From assembly GCA_017397545.1 (NCBI GenBank), contig JAFQIK010000017.1, forward strand, positions 1-59,801: a stretch of DNA of 59,801 nucleotides. The letters run 5' to 3'. This document shows positions 31,385 to 42,268 of the stretch, in pieces. Numbering within the stretch: position 1 is the first letter of the stretch; the number at the start of each line of letters is the position of its first letter. The notes below the pieces were generated by a model. That model worked only from the letters and a program-made list of their open reading frames with translations. It had not been told where the DNA came from and did not search any database. The translations under genes were made by a program, and so were the position numbers. The DNA is from Clostridia bacterium. GTDB lineage: Bacteria; Bacillota; Clostridia; TANB77; CAG-508.

Positions 31385-31464
31385 TTGATTTTTTTGAAAA
31401 AGCAGGGTATAATAATAATGCAATTATATAAAAAACTAGAAGAGTGGGAACAAATCCCACTCTT
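31385..31464 (+). promoter_or_regulatory. rimP operon promoter and leader hairpin
   Basis: TTGATT-N17-TATAAT (31385-31413) and hairpin AAGAGTGGGA-ACAAA-TCCCACTCTT (31440-31464). Confidence 0.65.
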
Positions 31465-31489
31465 AAATTATGAAAAGGAGAAAATTAAA

Positions 31490-31943
31490 TTGGCAAGTGT
31501 TGAAGAAAAAATAGAAAATTTAACATCTGACATTATCAAAAATTTGGGTTATGAATTATACGATGTAGAATATGTAAAAGAGGGCAAGGACTATTTTTTA
31601 AGACTATATATAGAATCTGAAAAACGGAATAGATTTAAATGACTGTGAAAAAGTAAGCAACGAAATAACTGAAATTTTAGATAAAGAAGATCCAATTAAA
31701 GAACAATATTTTTTAGAAGTATCTTCTACAGGAGTAGAAAAAACTTTAAGAAAAGATAAACACTTAAAAGCAAATATAGGAAAAGAAATACAAATTAAAC
31801 TATTTAGACCAGTAGAAGGTAAAAAAGAGTACAAAGGAATTTTAAAGGATTTTGATAAAAATAGTTTAACTATTTTAAATAATCAAGAAATAAAAATAGA
31901 TAGAAAAAATATATCTCAAACAAAAACAGTATATAACTGGTAA
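31490..31943 (+). CDS. rimP: Ribosome maturation factor RimP, 150 aa after a +1 shift at CGG 31625
   Basis: TTG start, GYELYDVEYVKEG..FLRLYIESEK-G-IDLNDCEKVS...YFLEVSSTGVEK. Lies upstream of nusA. Confidence 0.93.
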
Positions 31944-31961
31944 AGAAAGGATGATTAAAAA

Positions 31962-33068
31962 ATGAAATCAATAGAAAGTAAAGAATTAATAATGGCAATT
32001 GAGGAACTAGAAAAAGAAAGAGGAATAAACAAAGAATATTTATTAGAATCCCTAGAGACAGCACTAGTTACAGCATATAAAAGAAATTTTGAATCAGCAG
32101 AAAATGTAAAAGTAACAATGGATGCTGAGACTGGAGATATAAAAGTATTTTCTTTAAAAGAAGTTGTAGAAGAAGTAGAAGATGATATGTTACAAATAAC
32201 TTTGGAAGAAGCTAAAAAACAAGACAAAAAAATAAATTTAGGAGATACACTTCAGTTAGAAATTATTCCTAGAGATTTTGGAAGAATTGCAGCTCAAACA
32301 GCGAAACAAGTAATTGTTCAAAAAATTAGAGAAGCAGAAAGAAATATGGTTTATACAGAATATAACGATAGAAGAGGAGAAATTGTATCTGGACTTGTAC
32401 AAAAATCTGAAGGTGGAACAGTTGTATTAGATTTAGGAAAATTAGAAGGAATAATGCTTGTAAAAGATCAAATACCTACTGAGAGCTATAAAGTAAATGA
32501 TAAAGTAAGAGCTTATGTAGTAAGTGTAGAAAAAGGAATAAAAGGAGCACCACAAGTTTTAGTTTCTAGAAGTCATCCTGATTTTGTAAGAAAATTATTT
32601 GAATTTGAAATACCAGAAATATACGAAGGATTAATAGAAATAAAAAGTGTATCAAGAGATGCGGGTTCTAGAAGCAAAGTTGCAGTATATTCTACAAACG
32701 AAAATATTGATCCAGTTGGTTCATGTGTTGGACAAAAAGGAATTAGAATACAAAACATAATAAATGAATTAAAAGGCGAAAAAATAGATGTAATTGAATG
32801 GGATGAAGATCCAGCAGTATTTATTTCTGCAGCATTATTACCAGCACAAGTTATGGCTGTTGATATAAGAGAAGAAGAGAAATTTGCACAAGTAATTGTT
32901 CCAGATGACCAATTATCACTTGCAATAGGAAAATCAGGACAAAATGCAAGACTAGCTGCAAAACTTACAAATTGGAAAATAGATATAAAAAGTGAAAGCC
33001 AATTTAGGGAATTATTAGCAAAACAACAAATGGAAGAAACAGAACAAGAAGAGAACACTGAAGAATAA
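31962..33068 (+). CDS. nusA: Transcription termination factor NusA
   Basis: FGRIAAQTAKQV, S1 and KH domains, AIGKSGQNARLAAKLT. Confidence 0.98.
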   Translation: MKSIESKELIMAIEELEKERGINKEYLLESLETALVTAYKRNFESAENVKVTMDAETGDIKVFSLKEVVEEVEDDMLQITLEEAKKQDKKINLGDTLQLEIIPRDFGRIAAQTAKQVIVQKIREAERNMVYTEYNDRRGEIVSGLVQKSEGGTVVLDLGKLEGIMLVKDQIPTESYKVNDKVRAYVVSVEKGIKGAPQVLVSRSHPDFVRKLFEFEIPEIYEGLIEIKSVSRDAGSRSKVAVYSTNENIDPVGSCVGQKGIRIQNIINELKGEKIDVIEWDEDPAVFISAALLPAQVMAVDIREEEKFAQVIVPDDQLSLAIGKSGQNARLAAKLTNWKIDIKSESQFRELLAKQQMEETEQEENTEE

Positions 33069-33076
33069 TATTTAAT

Positions 33077-33166
33077 GAAGTGAGAAGTGTGAAGTGGGAA
33101 GTTAAAAAGTAGCTCTTCGAAGAGTTTACTATAAAAAGCACACGTCCCACATCACACAGCACACTT
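33077..33166. repeat. Heptamer-repeat palindromic element
   Basis: GAAGTGA/GAAGTGT/GAAGTGG...CCCACAT/CACACAG/CACACTTC. Confidence 0.7.
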
Positions 33167-33186
33167 CGAATGAGTAGGTGATTAAT

Positions 33187-33453
33187 ATGAAAAAAATTGT
33201 ACAAAGAATGTGCATGGGATGCAATAACAAAAAAGATAAAAGAGAATTAATTAGAATTGTATTAAGTAAAACAGGGGAAATTACAATAGATAAAACAGGT
33301 AAGTTAGAAGGACGAGGAGCATATATATGTGATAGTATAGACTGCTTAGAGAAAGTTATAAAAACAAAAAGATTAGAAAAAAGTTTTAATACAAAAATAG
33401 AAGAAGATATTTATAATAAATTAAGGGGTGTAATTATTGATAACGAAAATTAA
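33187..33453 (+). CDS. ylxR: YlxR (RnpM) family RNA-binding protein
   Basis: RMCMGC, LIRIV and GRGAYIC motifs. Confidence 0.93.
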   Translation: MKKIVQRMCMGCNNKKDKRELIRIVLSKTGEITIDKTGKLEGRGAYICDSIDCLEKVIKTKRLEKSFNTKIEEDIYNKLRGVIIDNEN

Positions 33454-33494
33454 CAAAAACTTAAGAGCAAAAACAAAATGTGGGGGTGAAGCTA

Positions 33495-36383
33495 TTGGGT
33501 AAGATAAAAATACATGAAATAGCAAAAAAATTAGGAGTAAATAGTAAAGAGGTACTAGAAAAAGCTATAGAATTAGGAATGGAAGTAAAATCGCATATGA
33601 GTAGTATAGAAGAAGAAGAAGCAAAAAAAATAGAATCAAAATTTTCTGGAGCAAAAAAAGAAGTAAAAGAGAAAAAAGAAACTCCAGTAATTATAAGAAG
33701 AGAAGTTATTTTAACAGAGGATAATAATAAAAAAGAGCAAAAAGTAGAAGAAAAGAAACAATCTAGAGATGTTGGTTTTATAGAAAGAGAAAGAAAAAAA
33801 GACTACAATATAGTGTATAGAAACAAACCTAATAGACCTCTTACTGTAAGTGAATTATTTGGTACAAAAACACCTGAAAAACCAAAGGCAGAAGAACCAA
33901 AAGAACAACCAAAAGAAGTGGAAGTTCCAGAGGTATCTAAAGTAAAAGATTCACCTAAAGAAACTCAAAAACCAAAGGTAGAAGAACAAAGAAACAATAA
34001 TACTACCCAACCAAAACAATATAATAATCAAGCAAATATTAACAACAGACCATTTAATAGAGAAAGAGACGGTCAAAATAATAGACCATATAATAACAAT
34101 TATTCAAATGGCAATAGACCATTTAACAGAGATGGAAACAGACCATTTAATAGAGAAAGAGATGGGCAAAATAGCAGACCATATAATAACAATTATTCAA
34201 ATGGCAATAGACCGTTTAATAAAGATGGTAATAGACAATTTAACAATAGAGGACAAGAAGGAAGAAATCAAAATTCATATGGTAGAAGACCTTTAGATGA
34301 AAAAGGAATTGAAAAAAATATTAAAAATATAATGGCTGCAGATGTTGTTGAAAAAGAAAATGTAAGAGAATATGCAAATAAGGCTATAGATAAACAAAAA
34401 AATAACAACAAATACGAAGAAAAAACAAATAAAAAAGCATCTAAATCTAGAAGAGGCGGATATGAAGAAATAAGTAGCCACAAATTGAAAGATTTAAAAC
34501 AACAAGATAGATTATCAAATATGTTTGATGAAGGTTCAATGCTTGACTATTATGATTTAACAACAACTAGAGGAAGAAGAAATAAAAAGAAAATTAGTCA
34601 AGATGAAGATAGAATAAAACAAAAAATATTTGATTTAACAGATATAACAATCCCAGAAAGTATTAGTGTAAAAGATTTAAGTGCAGAACTTAAAAAGACT
34701 AGTGGAGAAATAATAAAAAAATTACTAGGATATGGAATTATGGCAACAATAAATAATGAAGTGGATTTTGATACAGCATTCTTAATAGCAGAAGAATTTG
34801 GAGTAACAGCACACAAAAAAGAAGTTGTTACAGATGAAGACATATTATTTGATGAAAGTGAAGATAAAGAAGAAGACTTAAAATCAAGACCACCAGTAAT
34901 AGTTGTTATGGGACACGTTGACCATGGTAAAACATCGCTTCTAGATGCAGTAAGAGAAACTAATGTAATAGAAGGAGAAGCAGGTGGAATTACTCAAGCA
35001 ATTGGTGCATACCAAGTAGAAATAAATGGTAGAGAAATTACTTTCTTAGATACACCAGGACACGAAGCGTTTACTGCAATGAGAGCAAGAGGAGCACAAA
35101 TAACAGATATAGCAATACTTGTAGTTGCTGCAAATGATGGAGTTATGCCTCAAACAGTAGAAGCAATAAACCATGCAAAAGCAGCTGGAATACCAATTAT
35201 AGTAGCAATAAACAAAATAGATGTAGAAGGAGCAAATCCAGATAAAGTAAAACAAGAACTTGCAGAACATGATTTAGTATCAGAAGAATGGGGTGGAGAT
35301 ACAATATTTGTTCCAATTTCTGCAAAGAAAAGAATAAATATAGATAATCTTCTAGAAATGGTACTTTTAGTTGCAGATATGAAAGAACTAAAAGCAAACC
35401 CTAAAAAGCAAGCAAAAGGAACTGTAATAGAAGCAAAATTAGACAAAGCAAAAGGACCAGTTGCTACAATGCTTGTACAACGTGGTACTTTAGATGTTGG
35501 AGACACAATACTTGTAGGATCTGTTATTGGTAGAATAAGAACAATGACAGACGATAAAGGTCATAAAGTTAAAAAAGCAGGGCCTTCAACACCAGTAGAA
35601 ATAACAGGTTTAACTGCTGTTCCAGAAGCTGGAGAAACATTCTACGAAGTTAAAGACGAAAAAACTGCTAAACACTTAATGGAAACAAGAAAACGTAAGG
35701 CTAGAGAAAAAGCATTAAATGCAACTAACAAGGTTACTTTAGATGATTTATTTAGCCAAATAGAAAAAGGAAACTTAAAACAATTAAATATTATAGTAAA
35801 AGCAGATGTTCAAGGTTCTGTAGAAGCTGTAAAACAAGCATTAGAAAAATTATCTAATGATGAAGTAAAAGTTAAAGTAATACATGCAAATGTTGGAGCT
35901 GTAACTGAAAGCGACGTTACACTAGCAAATGTTTCAAATGCTATAATAATTGCATTTAATGTAAGACCAGAGCCAATTGCAAAAGATATGGCAGAAAAAT
36001 CAGAAGTAGAAATAAAAACATATTCTGTAATATACAATGCTATAGAAGATGTAGAAGCTGCAATGAAAGGAATGTTAGACCCTGTATTTAAAGAAGTAGT
36101 AATTGGTAATGCAGAAGTTAGACAAACATTTAAAATTTCTGATGTTGGAACAATTGCAGGATGCTATGTAACAAATGGAAAAGTTGCAAGAAATGCAGGA
36201 GTAAGAGTTTTAAGAGATAATGTTGTAATACATGATGGAAAATTAATTTCATTAAAGAGAATGAAAGACGATGCAAAAGAAGTGGCGTCAGGGTATGAAT
36301 GTGGAATTCAAATAGAGAACTTTAATGATATTAAAGAGGGAGATATTATAGAGGCATTTATAATGGAACAAGTTAAACAGTAG
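33495..36383 (+). CDS. infB: Translation initiation factor IF-2
   Basis: [13 protein letters not shown] and NKID motifs, N-terminal IHEIAKKLG. Probable TTG start. Confidence 0.98.
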   Translation: MGKIKIHEIAKKLGVNSKEVLEKAIELGMEVKSHMSSIEEEEAKKIESKFSGAKKEVKEKKETPVIIRREVILTEDNNKKEQKVEEKKQSRDVGFIERERKKDYNIVYRNKPNRPLTVSELFGTKTPEKPKAEEPKEQPKEVEVPEVSKVKDSPKETQKPKVEEQRNNNTTQPKQYNNQANINNRPFNRERDGQNNRPYNNNYSNGNRPFNRDGNRPFNRERDGQNSRPYNNNYSNGNRPFNKDGNRQFNNRGQEGRNQNSYGRRPLDEKGIEKNIKNIMAADVVEKENVREYANKAIDKQKNNNKYEEKTNKKASKSRRGGYEEISSHKLKDLKQQDRLSNMFDEGSMLDYYDLTTTRGRRNKKKISQDEDRIKQKIFDLTDITIPESISVKDLSAELKKTSGEIIKKLLGYGIMATINNEVDFDTAFLIAEEFGVTAHKKEVVTDEDILFDESEDKEEDLKSRPPVIVVMGHVDHGKTSLLDAVRETNVIEGEAGGITQAIGAYQVEINGREITFLDTPGHEAFTAMRARGAQITDIAILVVAANDGVMPQTVEAINHAKAAGIPIIVAINKIDVEGANPDKVKQELAEHDLVSEEWGGDTIFVPISAKKRINIDNLLEMVLLVADMKELKANPKKQAKGTVIEAKLDKAKGPVATMLVQRGTLDVGDTILVGSVIGRIRTMTDDKGHKVKKAGPSTPVEITGLTAVPEAGETFYEVKDEKTAKHLMETRKRKAREKALNATNKVTLDDLFSQIEKGNLKQLNIIVKADVQGSVEAVKQALEKLSNDEVKVKVIHANVGAVTESDVTLANVSNAIIIAFNVRPEPIAKDMAEKSEVEIKTYSVIYNAIEDVEAAMKGMLDPVFKEVVIGNAEVRQTFKISDVGTIAGCYVTNGKVARNAGVRVLRDNVVIHDGKLISLKRMKDDAKEVASGYECGIQIENFNDIKEGDIIEAFIMEQVKQ

Positions 36384-36511
36384 GGCGTAAACGAATGAAA
36401 TCAGGCATCTTGCGTTGTCAAACTGCGTAAAAATTTTTGCGACATACAGCGTATAGTCTTGAAAATTTTTACTTGTTTTCCTAGCAATATACCTAATTTG
36501 CTTCGTTTACT
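36384..36511. repeat. ~125-bp long-hairpin element, copy 1 (related to 45926-46048)
   Basis: GTAAACGAA...TTCGTTTAC ends; CGAATGAAA..GCAT..TGCGT.GT.AAA and CCTAGCAA shared with copy 2. Confidence 0.65.
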
Positions 36512-36602
36512 ATATGCAGTTTTAATAAATTTGTAAAATATTTTACTCATTCGTTAAAATGCACAATCTACTAATTTTGATTCGTTTTGGCAAATTTGTA
36601 TT

Positions 36603-36826
36603 TGTAGGGGTCGATGCCCACATCGACCCGATTAATACAAAAATGTGTAGGGGCGGGGCTTGCTCCGCCCAATAATAAAATATAATGAAAAAATTGCAAA
36701 CGTGTAGGGGCGACTAGTAGTCGCCCGCACTTCGAAGAAATTTCTAAAATTAATAGTGAAGAATGAATAGTACAAAATTTGCTTTTGCAAATTTTGATGT
36801 AGGGGTCGCACTCCTTAGGCGACCCG
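36603..36826 (+). repeat. Four tandem GTAG REP hairpins
   Basis: GTAGGGG-hairpin units at about 36603, 36646, 36703 and 36798. Confidence 0.85.
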
Positions 36827-36852
36827 AAAAACAAAATAAAAAGGAGAAAAGA

Positions 36853-37233
36853 ATGAATAAACCAAAAGGCGGAGGAAACCGTTTAAATAGAATAAATGAA
36901 GAATTAAAAAGAGAAATTAGTAATATAATTAACTATGAGGTTACTAATTCAAACGTTACAGGAATGGTTAGTGTAACTTCTGTTAAAATTTCTCCAGATT
37001 TAAGATATGCAAAAGTATATTTAAGTATTCTTAATTCTAGAAATACTAAACAAACTTTAGCTGCATTAAAATCTTCTTCTGGATTTATTAGAAGCAGAAT
37101 AGCTGCAAAAATTAATTTAAGAGTAACTCCAGAATTAGTATTTGAATTAGATGAATCTATGCAATATGGAGAAAAAATAGACACAATATTAAAAGACATT
37201 ATGAAGGATATTAAACCAGAAAACCAAGATTAA
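36853..37233 (+). CDS. rbfA: Ribosome-binding factor A
   Basis: RLNRINEELKREIS, SPDLRYAKVY and LRVTPELVF motifs. Confidence 0.96.
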   Translation: MNKPKGGGNRLNRINEELKREISNIINYEVTNSNVTGMVSVTSVKISPDLRYAKVYLSILNSRNTKQTLAALKSSSGFIRSRIAAKINLRVTPELVFELDESMQYGEKIDTILKDIMKDIKPENQD

Positions 37234-37244
37234 TTGCAAATGTC

Positions 37245-37316
37245 GTAGGGGCGGAACCCCGTGTCCGCCCGTAAAAAATATAAAATTTCGGGCAGACTTA
37301 AGTCGTCTGCCCCTAC
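37245..37316. repeat. Inverted GTAG REP pair
   Basis: GTAGGGGCGGA..TCCGCCCG facing CGGGCAGAC..GTCTGCCCCTAC. Confidence 0.85.
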
Positions 37317-37377
37317 ATTGTATATTAAATATTATGGCAATTATCAAATTTAGATAATAGATTTAAAGGAGAACCAT

Positions 37378-38329
37378 ATGACCCTAGATAATATTATAGA
37401 AGAAATAAATAAAGCTAGCAGCATTGTAATATTAACACATGAAAATCCAGATGGAGATGCTATTCGGAAGTAGCTTAGCACTATATAATGGACTAAAACA
37501 ACTAAATAAAGATGTAGATGTAATAATACCAGAATATTCAAAAACATTTAAATTTTTATCAAATAGTAAAGAGATAAAAAAAGAAGGAAGAAATGAAAGA
37601 TACGGTTTAGCAATAGCTTTAGACTGTGGAGATATAAAAAGGTTAAATGGATTTGCAAACTATTTTGAAGATGCAAATACAAAAATATCTATAGACCACC
37701 ATAGTGCAAATACAATGTTTGCTGATTATAACTTTGTTAATCCTACAGCACCAGCGTGTGCACAAATATTGATAATTGTTTTAGATGCATTAGGAATAGA
37801 AATTGATAAAGAAATAGGAACATGCCTACTTACAGGAATAATTACAGATACAGGTGGATTTAAATATTCAGGAGTAACAGCAGAAACGTTTGAGTTTGCA
37901 GCAGAACTTTTAAATAGAGGTGTTAACGTATCTAATATTTATAAAAAAGTTCTTCAAACATTATCAAAACCAAGCTTTGAATTAAGAAGAATTGCTATGA
38001 ATAGATTAGAATTCTTAGAAGATGGAAAAATAACTTTTACATACATAACAAAAAAAGATGAAGAAGAAGTTGGGGCTGGAAATAATGACCATGACGGAAT
38101 AGTAGAAATGGGAAGAGATGTTGAAGGAGTAGAAATTTCAATATTTTTAATAGAAAAAGAAGATGGATATAAAATATCACTTCGTTCTAACGAATATGTT
38201 AATGTATCAGATATATGTTTAATGTTTAGTGGAGGAGGACATATAAGAGCAGCAGGAGGAAGCATTAACCTTCCATTCGAACAAGCAAGAGAAAAATTAA
38301 TAGAAGAATGTAAAAAACATTTGAGATAA
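37378..38329 (+). CDS. nrnA: DHH/DHHA1 phosphoesterase (NrnA-like), 316 aa after a +1 shift at CGG 37465
   Basis: THENPDGDAI-G-SSLAL, IDHH, TDTGGF and GGGHIRAAG motifs. Sits between rbfA and truB. Confidence 0.9.
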
Positions 38330-38365
38330 ATAATTTAGTCTAAATTTTAAAAATGTATAGAAAAT

Positions 38366-38508
38366 GTAGGGGCGACTACTAGTCGCCCGCTCTTCGAAGA
38401 CTGAGCTAAAAATTTAATAAATATTGCAAAATGATGAAGTTCATAAATAAAATTAGAATACTTTATAGAAAGCCGTTGTAGAACGGGCGACTACTAGTCG
38501 CCCCTACA
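38366..38508. repeat. Inverted GTAG REP pair
   Basis: TGTAGGGGCGACTACTAGTCGCCCG facing CGGGCGACTACTAGTCGCCCCTACA. Confidence 0.85.
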
Positions 38509-38543
38509 AAATTTGCAATAAAATTAATTATATAGGAGAGGCA

Positions 38544-39395
38544 ATGGACGGAGTAATTATAATAAACAAACCAAAACAATATACATCACACGACATAGTA
38601 AATATTGTAAGAAAACAATTAAATACAAAAAAAATAGGACACACCGGTACGCTAGACCCTAATGCTACCGGTGTTTTACCCATTTTAATAGGTAAGGCTA
38701 CAAAAATATCTAAATACTTAGTAGAACACAAAAAGGCATATATTGCTACAATAAAACTAGGAGAAAAAAGAGATACAGGAGACTCAGAAGGAAATATTAT
38801 AGAAAAAGATTTAGAATTTAAAAATATAGAAAAAGATAGATTAGAAGAAGTATTAGAAAGTTTTTTAGGTAAACAAAAACAAATTCCTCCTATGTATTCA
38901 GCAATAAAAGTAGATGGGAAAAAATTATATGAGTATGCAAGACAAGGACAAACAGTAGAAATAAAACCAAGAGATATAGAAATATATAGTATAAATTTAA
39001 AATCATATAAAGAAGATGAAATTGTATTTGAAACTGAATGTTCAAAAGGAACATATATAAGAGTTCTTTGCGAAGATATAGCAAAAGAATTGGGAACAGT
39101 AGGATATATGAAAGAACTACAAAGAACTGCAGTTAATAAATTTAAAATAGAACAAAGCATAGACTTAGAAAATATAAATCAAGAAATAGTAGAAAAAAAT
39201 CTAATTACAATAGAAAACATATTTAATGATAAAGAAAGTATAGATTTAAATGACAGAAAACTAGAATTATTTCTAAATGGTGTTCAATTAACATATGAAC
39301 TAGAAGATAATACATATAGAATATATAATAAAAATAAATTCATTGGACTAGGAATTGTAAAAAATAATTTATTAAAAAGGGATATAGTAATTTAA
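38544..39395 (+). CDS. truB: tRNA pseudouridine(55) synthase
   Basis: GHTGTLDPNATGVL, PPMYSAIK and CSKGTYIR motifs. Confidence 0.97.
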   Translation: MDGVIIINKPKQYTSHDIVNIVRKQLNTKKIGHTGTLDPNATGVLPILIGKATKISKYLVEHKKAYIATIKLGEKRDTGDSEGNIIEKDLEFKNIEKDRLEEVLESFLGKQKQIPPMYSAIKVDGKKLYEYARQGQTVEIKPRDIEIYSINLKSYKEDEIVFETECSKGTYIRVLCEDIAKELGTVGYMKELQRTAVNKFKIEQSIDLENINQEIVEKNLITIENIFNDKESIDLNDRKLELFLNGVQLTYELEDNTYRIYNKNKFIGLGIVKNNLLKRDIVI

Positions 39396-39419
39396 AGAAG
39401 AATATGGTAAAATTATTTT

Positions 39420-39495
39420 TGTAGGGGTCGATGCCCACATCGACCCGAAAAAAGAAAAAATTATAAACGGGCCGATGTGGGCATCGGCCCCTACA
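39420..39495. repeat. Inverted GTAG REP pair
   Basis: GTAGGGGTCGATGCCCACATCGACCCG facing CGGGCCGATGTGGGCATCGGCCCCTAC. Confidence 0.85.
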
Positions 39496-39524
39496 AAAAT
39501 AAAATTTTGAAAGGAACGATACGT

Positions 39525-39995
39525 ATGACAAGTTTATTTAGTTATTTAATTACAATGTTTGGAGGAATATTCTGGTTAATTAGATTAGTAATAGCTGTAG
39601 CATATACAATGAGTGCAGATATAGGAATAGAACCATTAGATTTTAATATAGAAGTAACATTATTGTTTGTTACATTATTCTGTATGATATTTATAGTAAA
39701 AAGAAATATAATAGGAGCATTAGTTTATTTTGTAGGATATGGATTATATTTTGGAACAGATTTATTTAATGGAATAACAAATATTAGTAATGGACAAACA
39801 GGACTTGTAGATTATGCATCATTATTCCTATCATTAATAGGAGTTATAATTCCATTTTTAACAGTAATGGATATATTCTTAAATAAAAATAGAAAAGGTA
39901 GTACTAAAGATGCAAAAACAGACTGGTTTTATGAGAATGAAGAATATACAAGAAAATTAGACGAAAGAGCAGACAAAAACCAATATAAATTCTAA
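39525..39995 (+). CDS. Membrane protein
   Basis: Four hydrophobic segments; AAGGA RBS. Confidence 0.75.
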   Translation: MTSLFSYLITMFGGIFWLIRLVIAVAYTMSADIGIEPLDFNIEVTLLFVTLFCMIFIVKRNIIGALVYFVGYGLYFGTDLFNGITNISNGQTGLVDYASLFLSLIGVIIPFLTVMDIFLNKNRKGSTKDAKTDWFYENEEYTRKLDERADKNQYKF

Positions 39996-40007
39996 GGCGA
40001 TTTTATT

Positions 40008-40155
40008 AAATTGTAATTTATATGACATATTGAAAATTGTATCTGTAGGGGTCGCACTCCTGGGCGACCCGCGTAAAAATAATTAATTTTCGGGGCGCCG
40101 AGGACTGCGCCCCCTATGACGTTTGAAATTAATATACAACTACAAATTACAATTT
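40008..40155. repeat. Inverted GTAG REP pair inside AAATTGTAATTT terminal inverted repeats
   Basis: TIRs at 40008-40019 and 40144-40155; REPs at about 40045-40071 and 40091-40116. Confidence 0.8.
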
Positions 40156-40176
40156 ACCTAATAAAAGGAGAAAATA

Positions 40177-41061
40177 ATGATGAATATAAACTGGTACCCA
40201 GGCCATATGCTTAAGACCAAAAAACAAATAATAGAAGATATAAAATTAATAGATATAGTAATAGAATTATTAGATGCTAGAATACCTATTTCTAGTAGAA
40301 ATCCTGATATGCAAAGAATAATTCAAAATAAAAAAAGAATAGTAGTATTAAATAAAAGCGATTTAGCAGAGGATTTTGAAACAAAAAAATGGGTAGAGTT
40401 TTATAAAAAAAATAATATACCAGCAATAATAGCAGATGCAAATTTAGGAAAAGGTATTAAAGAAATATTAAAAAAAGTAGAAAATATAATGCAAGAAGAT
40501 ATGGAAAAAGCAGCTGCAAAAGGAAGAATAAAAAGAAATATTAGAATTATGATACTTGGAATACCTAATGTGGGAAAATCTTCACTTATAAATAGATTAT
40601 GCAACAAAAAAACAACAGTTGTAGGAAACAGGCCAGGTGTTACTAAACAAAAACAGTGGGTAAGAATAGCAAATAATATAGAACTATTAGATACACCAGG
40701 TGTACTTTGGCCTAAGTTTGAAGATGAAACAGTTGCTTTAAATTTATCGTATACAGGTTCTATTAAAGATGAGGTATTGCAAACTATAGAAATAGCATTT
40801 AGCTTACTAACATTTTTATATAAAAACTATAAAAAGAATTTAATGGAAAGATACAAAATATCAGAAGACGAAATTGTAAATATTAATTCAGAAGACGAAA
40901 ATGATGAAGTATATAATCTTTTAAAATTAATAGGAAAAAAAAGAGGAGCAGTAGTATCAGGAGGAGAAGTTGACGAAGAAAAAACAGCAAGTATTATATT
41001 AACTGATTTTAGATCTGGAAAATTAGGAAAAATAACATTGGAGAAGGTAAATGAAAAATAA
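40177..41061 (+). CDS. rbgA: Ribosome biogenesis GTPase RbgA/YlqF
   Basis: INWYPGHM, GIPNVGKSS and LLDTPGVLWP motifs. Confidence 0.97.
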   Translation: MMNINWYPGHMLKTKKQIIEDIKLIDIVIELLDARIPISSRNPDMQRIIQNKKRIVVLNKSDLAEDFETKKWVEFYKKNNIPAIIADANLGKGIKEILKKVENIMQEDMEKAAAKGRIKRNIRIMILGIPNVGKSSLINRLCNKKTTVVGNRPGVTKQKQWVRIANNIELLDTPGVLWPKFEDETVALNLSYTGSIKDEVLQTIEIAFSLLTFLYKNYKKNLMERYKISEDEIVNINSEDENDEVYNLLKLIGKKRGAVVSGGEVDEEKTASIILTDFRSGKLGKITLEKVNEK

Positions 41062-41425
41062 AACAGAAGTAAATTTAATGTCACCATTAACATGGGCATA
41101 TATAGGAGATTCAGTATACGAATTATATATAAGAGAACATTTAGTACAAACAACAAATTTAAAACCACACAAATTGCATATAGAAGCAATTAAACATGTA
41201 AAAGCAGCAGCACAAGCAAAAATATTAAAAGAATTAGAAAATTTTCTTACAGAAGAGGAGAAAGATATTGTAAGAAGAACAAGAAATACAGAAAATCATC
41301 ATGTGGCGAAAAATGCAAATCCTACAGATTATATGTATGCTACAGCATTTGAAGGACTTATAGGTTATTTATATTTAAGTAACCAGACAGAAAGATTAGA
41401 AGAGTTATTAAAATTATGTATTTAA
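41051..41425 (+). CDS. mrnC: Mini-ribonuclease III
   Basis: AYIGDSVYELYIR and ATAFEGLIGYLYL motifs. Confidence 0.92.
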   Translation: MKNKTEVNLMSPLTWAYIGDSVYELYIREHLVQTTNLKPHKLHIEAIKHVKAAAQAKILKELENFLTEEEKDIVRRTRNTENHHVAKNANPTDYMYATAFEGLIGYLYLSNQTERLEELLKLCI

Positions 41426-41453
41426 AATATATTGTAAAAAAGGAGATAAAAGT

Positions 41454-42173
41454 ATGAATGAAGGTAATGTAACTATAATAGAGAATGCAAGAAGTAATAG
41501 AGACGATTTAATAATTAGTATAGAAGCTAGAATAAAACAATTAGAGATATTACAAAAAGAATGTAATGAAAAAATAGAAGAATATTTAAAAAATGCTGAA
41601 GAAAATGATATTAGATATAATCCGGATACAGAAATACTAACAAAAATATCTTACTGGATAGAAAATTTGGAAAATGTAAAACAGGTATTGGGAAAACTAA
41701 AATTAAATGAAAACAGTATACTATTTGATGATGAAAAATACTTAAATGCAGCTCAGGAATTATTAAGAAAAATAGATAAAAGAATAGAAGAAGTAAAAGC
41801 TGAATTTATTAAAAGTAATGAAGAAAAAATACAAATAGCTTGTAAAGAAAAAAGAGATATAGACGAAGAATTAGAAGAATTAAGAATGGAATTAGAAAGG
41901 TTAAAAGAAGAAAAAGAAGAATATGAGAGTTGGTGTAAAAAAATAGAAGGAAAAAAATTTTTCAAAAGGTTGTTTGCAAAAGAAAAAGAATATTATCAAG
42001 ATTTTTTAGAAATCGTCAATACTGATATAAGAAAAGTAGAAAAAAGAATAAGTCAAATAGAAATAAGAAAAAAAGCAAATCATTTTGTACCAAGGACAGA
42101 AGAAGATCCAGTTAATCCAGATTCAGCAGAGATAATGGAAGAAAATAAAGGAATAGAACCAGGAGATGAGTAG
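41454..42173 (+). CDS. Coiled-coil hypothetical protein
   Basis: E/K-rich heptad pattern, GGAG RBS, terminator hairpin at 42171-42192. Confidence 0.7.
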   Translation: MNEGNVTIIENARSNRDDLIISIEARIKQLEILQKECNEKIEEYLKNAEENDIRYNPDTEILTKISYWIENLENVKQVLGKLKLNENSILFDDEKYLNAAQELLRKIDKRIEEVKAEFIKSNEEKIQIACKEKRDIDEELEELRMELERLKEEKEEYESWCKKIEGKKFFKRLFAKEKEYYQDFLEIVNTDIRKVEKRISQIEIRKKANHFVPRTEEDPVNPDSAEIMEENKGIEPGDE

Positions 42174-42202
42174 TCGCTTAAATAAGCGACTAAAAAAATG
42201 TA

Positions 42203-42231
42203 TTGACAAAAAACAAATGTTCGTGTAAAAT
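42203..42231 (+). promoter_or_regulatory. recN promoter with a LexA/DinR (SOS) box in the spacer
   Basis: TTGACA-N17-TAAAAT; AAAC-AAAT-GTTC (42211-42222) matches GAAC-N4-GTTC at 7 of 8 positions. Confidence 0.75.
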
Positions 42232-42268
42232 AATTTAAAGAGTAGAACAGAATGAAAAGGTGATAATA

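Noticed and set aside
36603-36826. Tandem GTAGGGG units as a CRISPR array
   Set aside because: The repeats are not identical, spacing is irregular, copies are dispersed in both orientations, and no cas genes are present.
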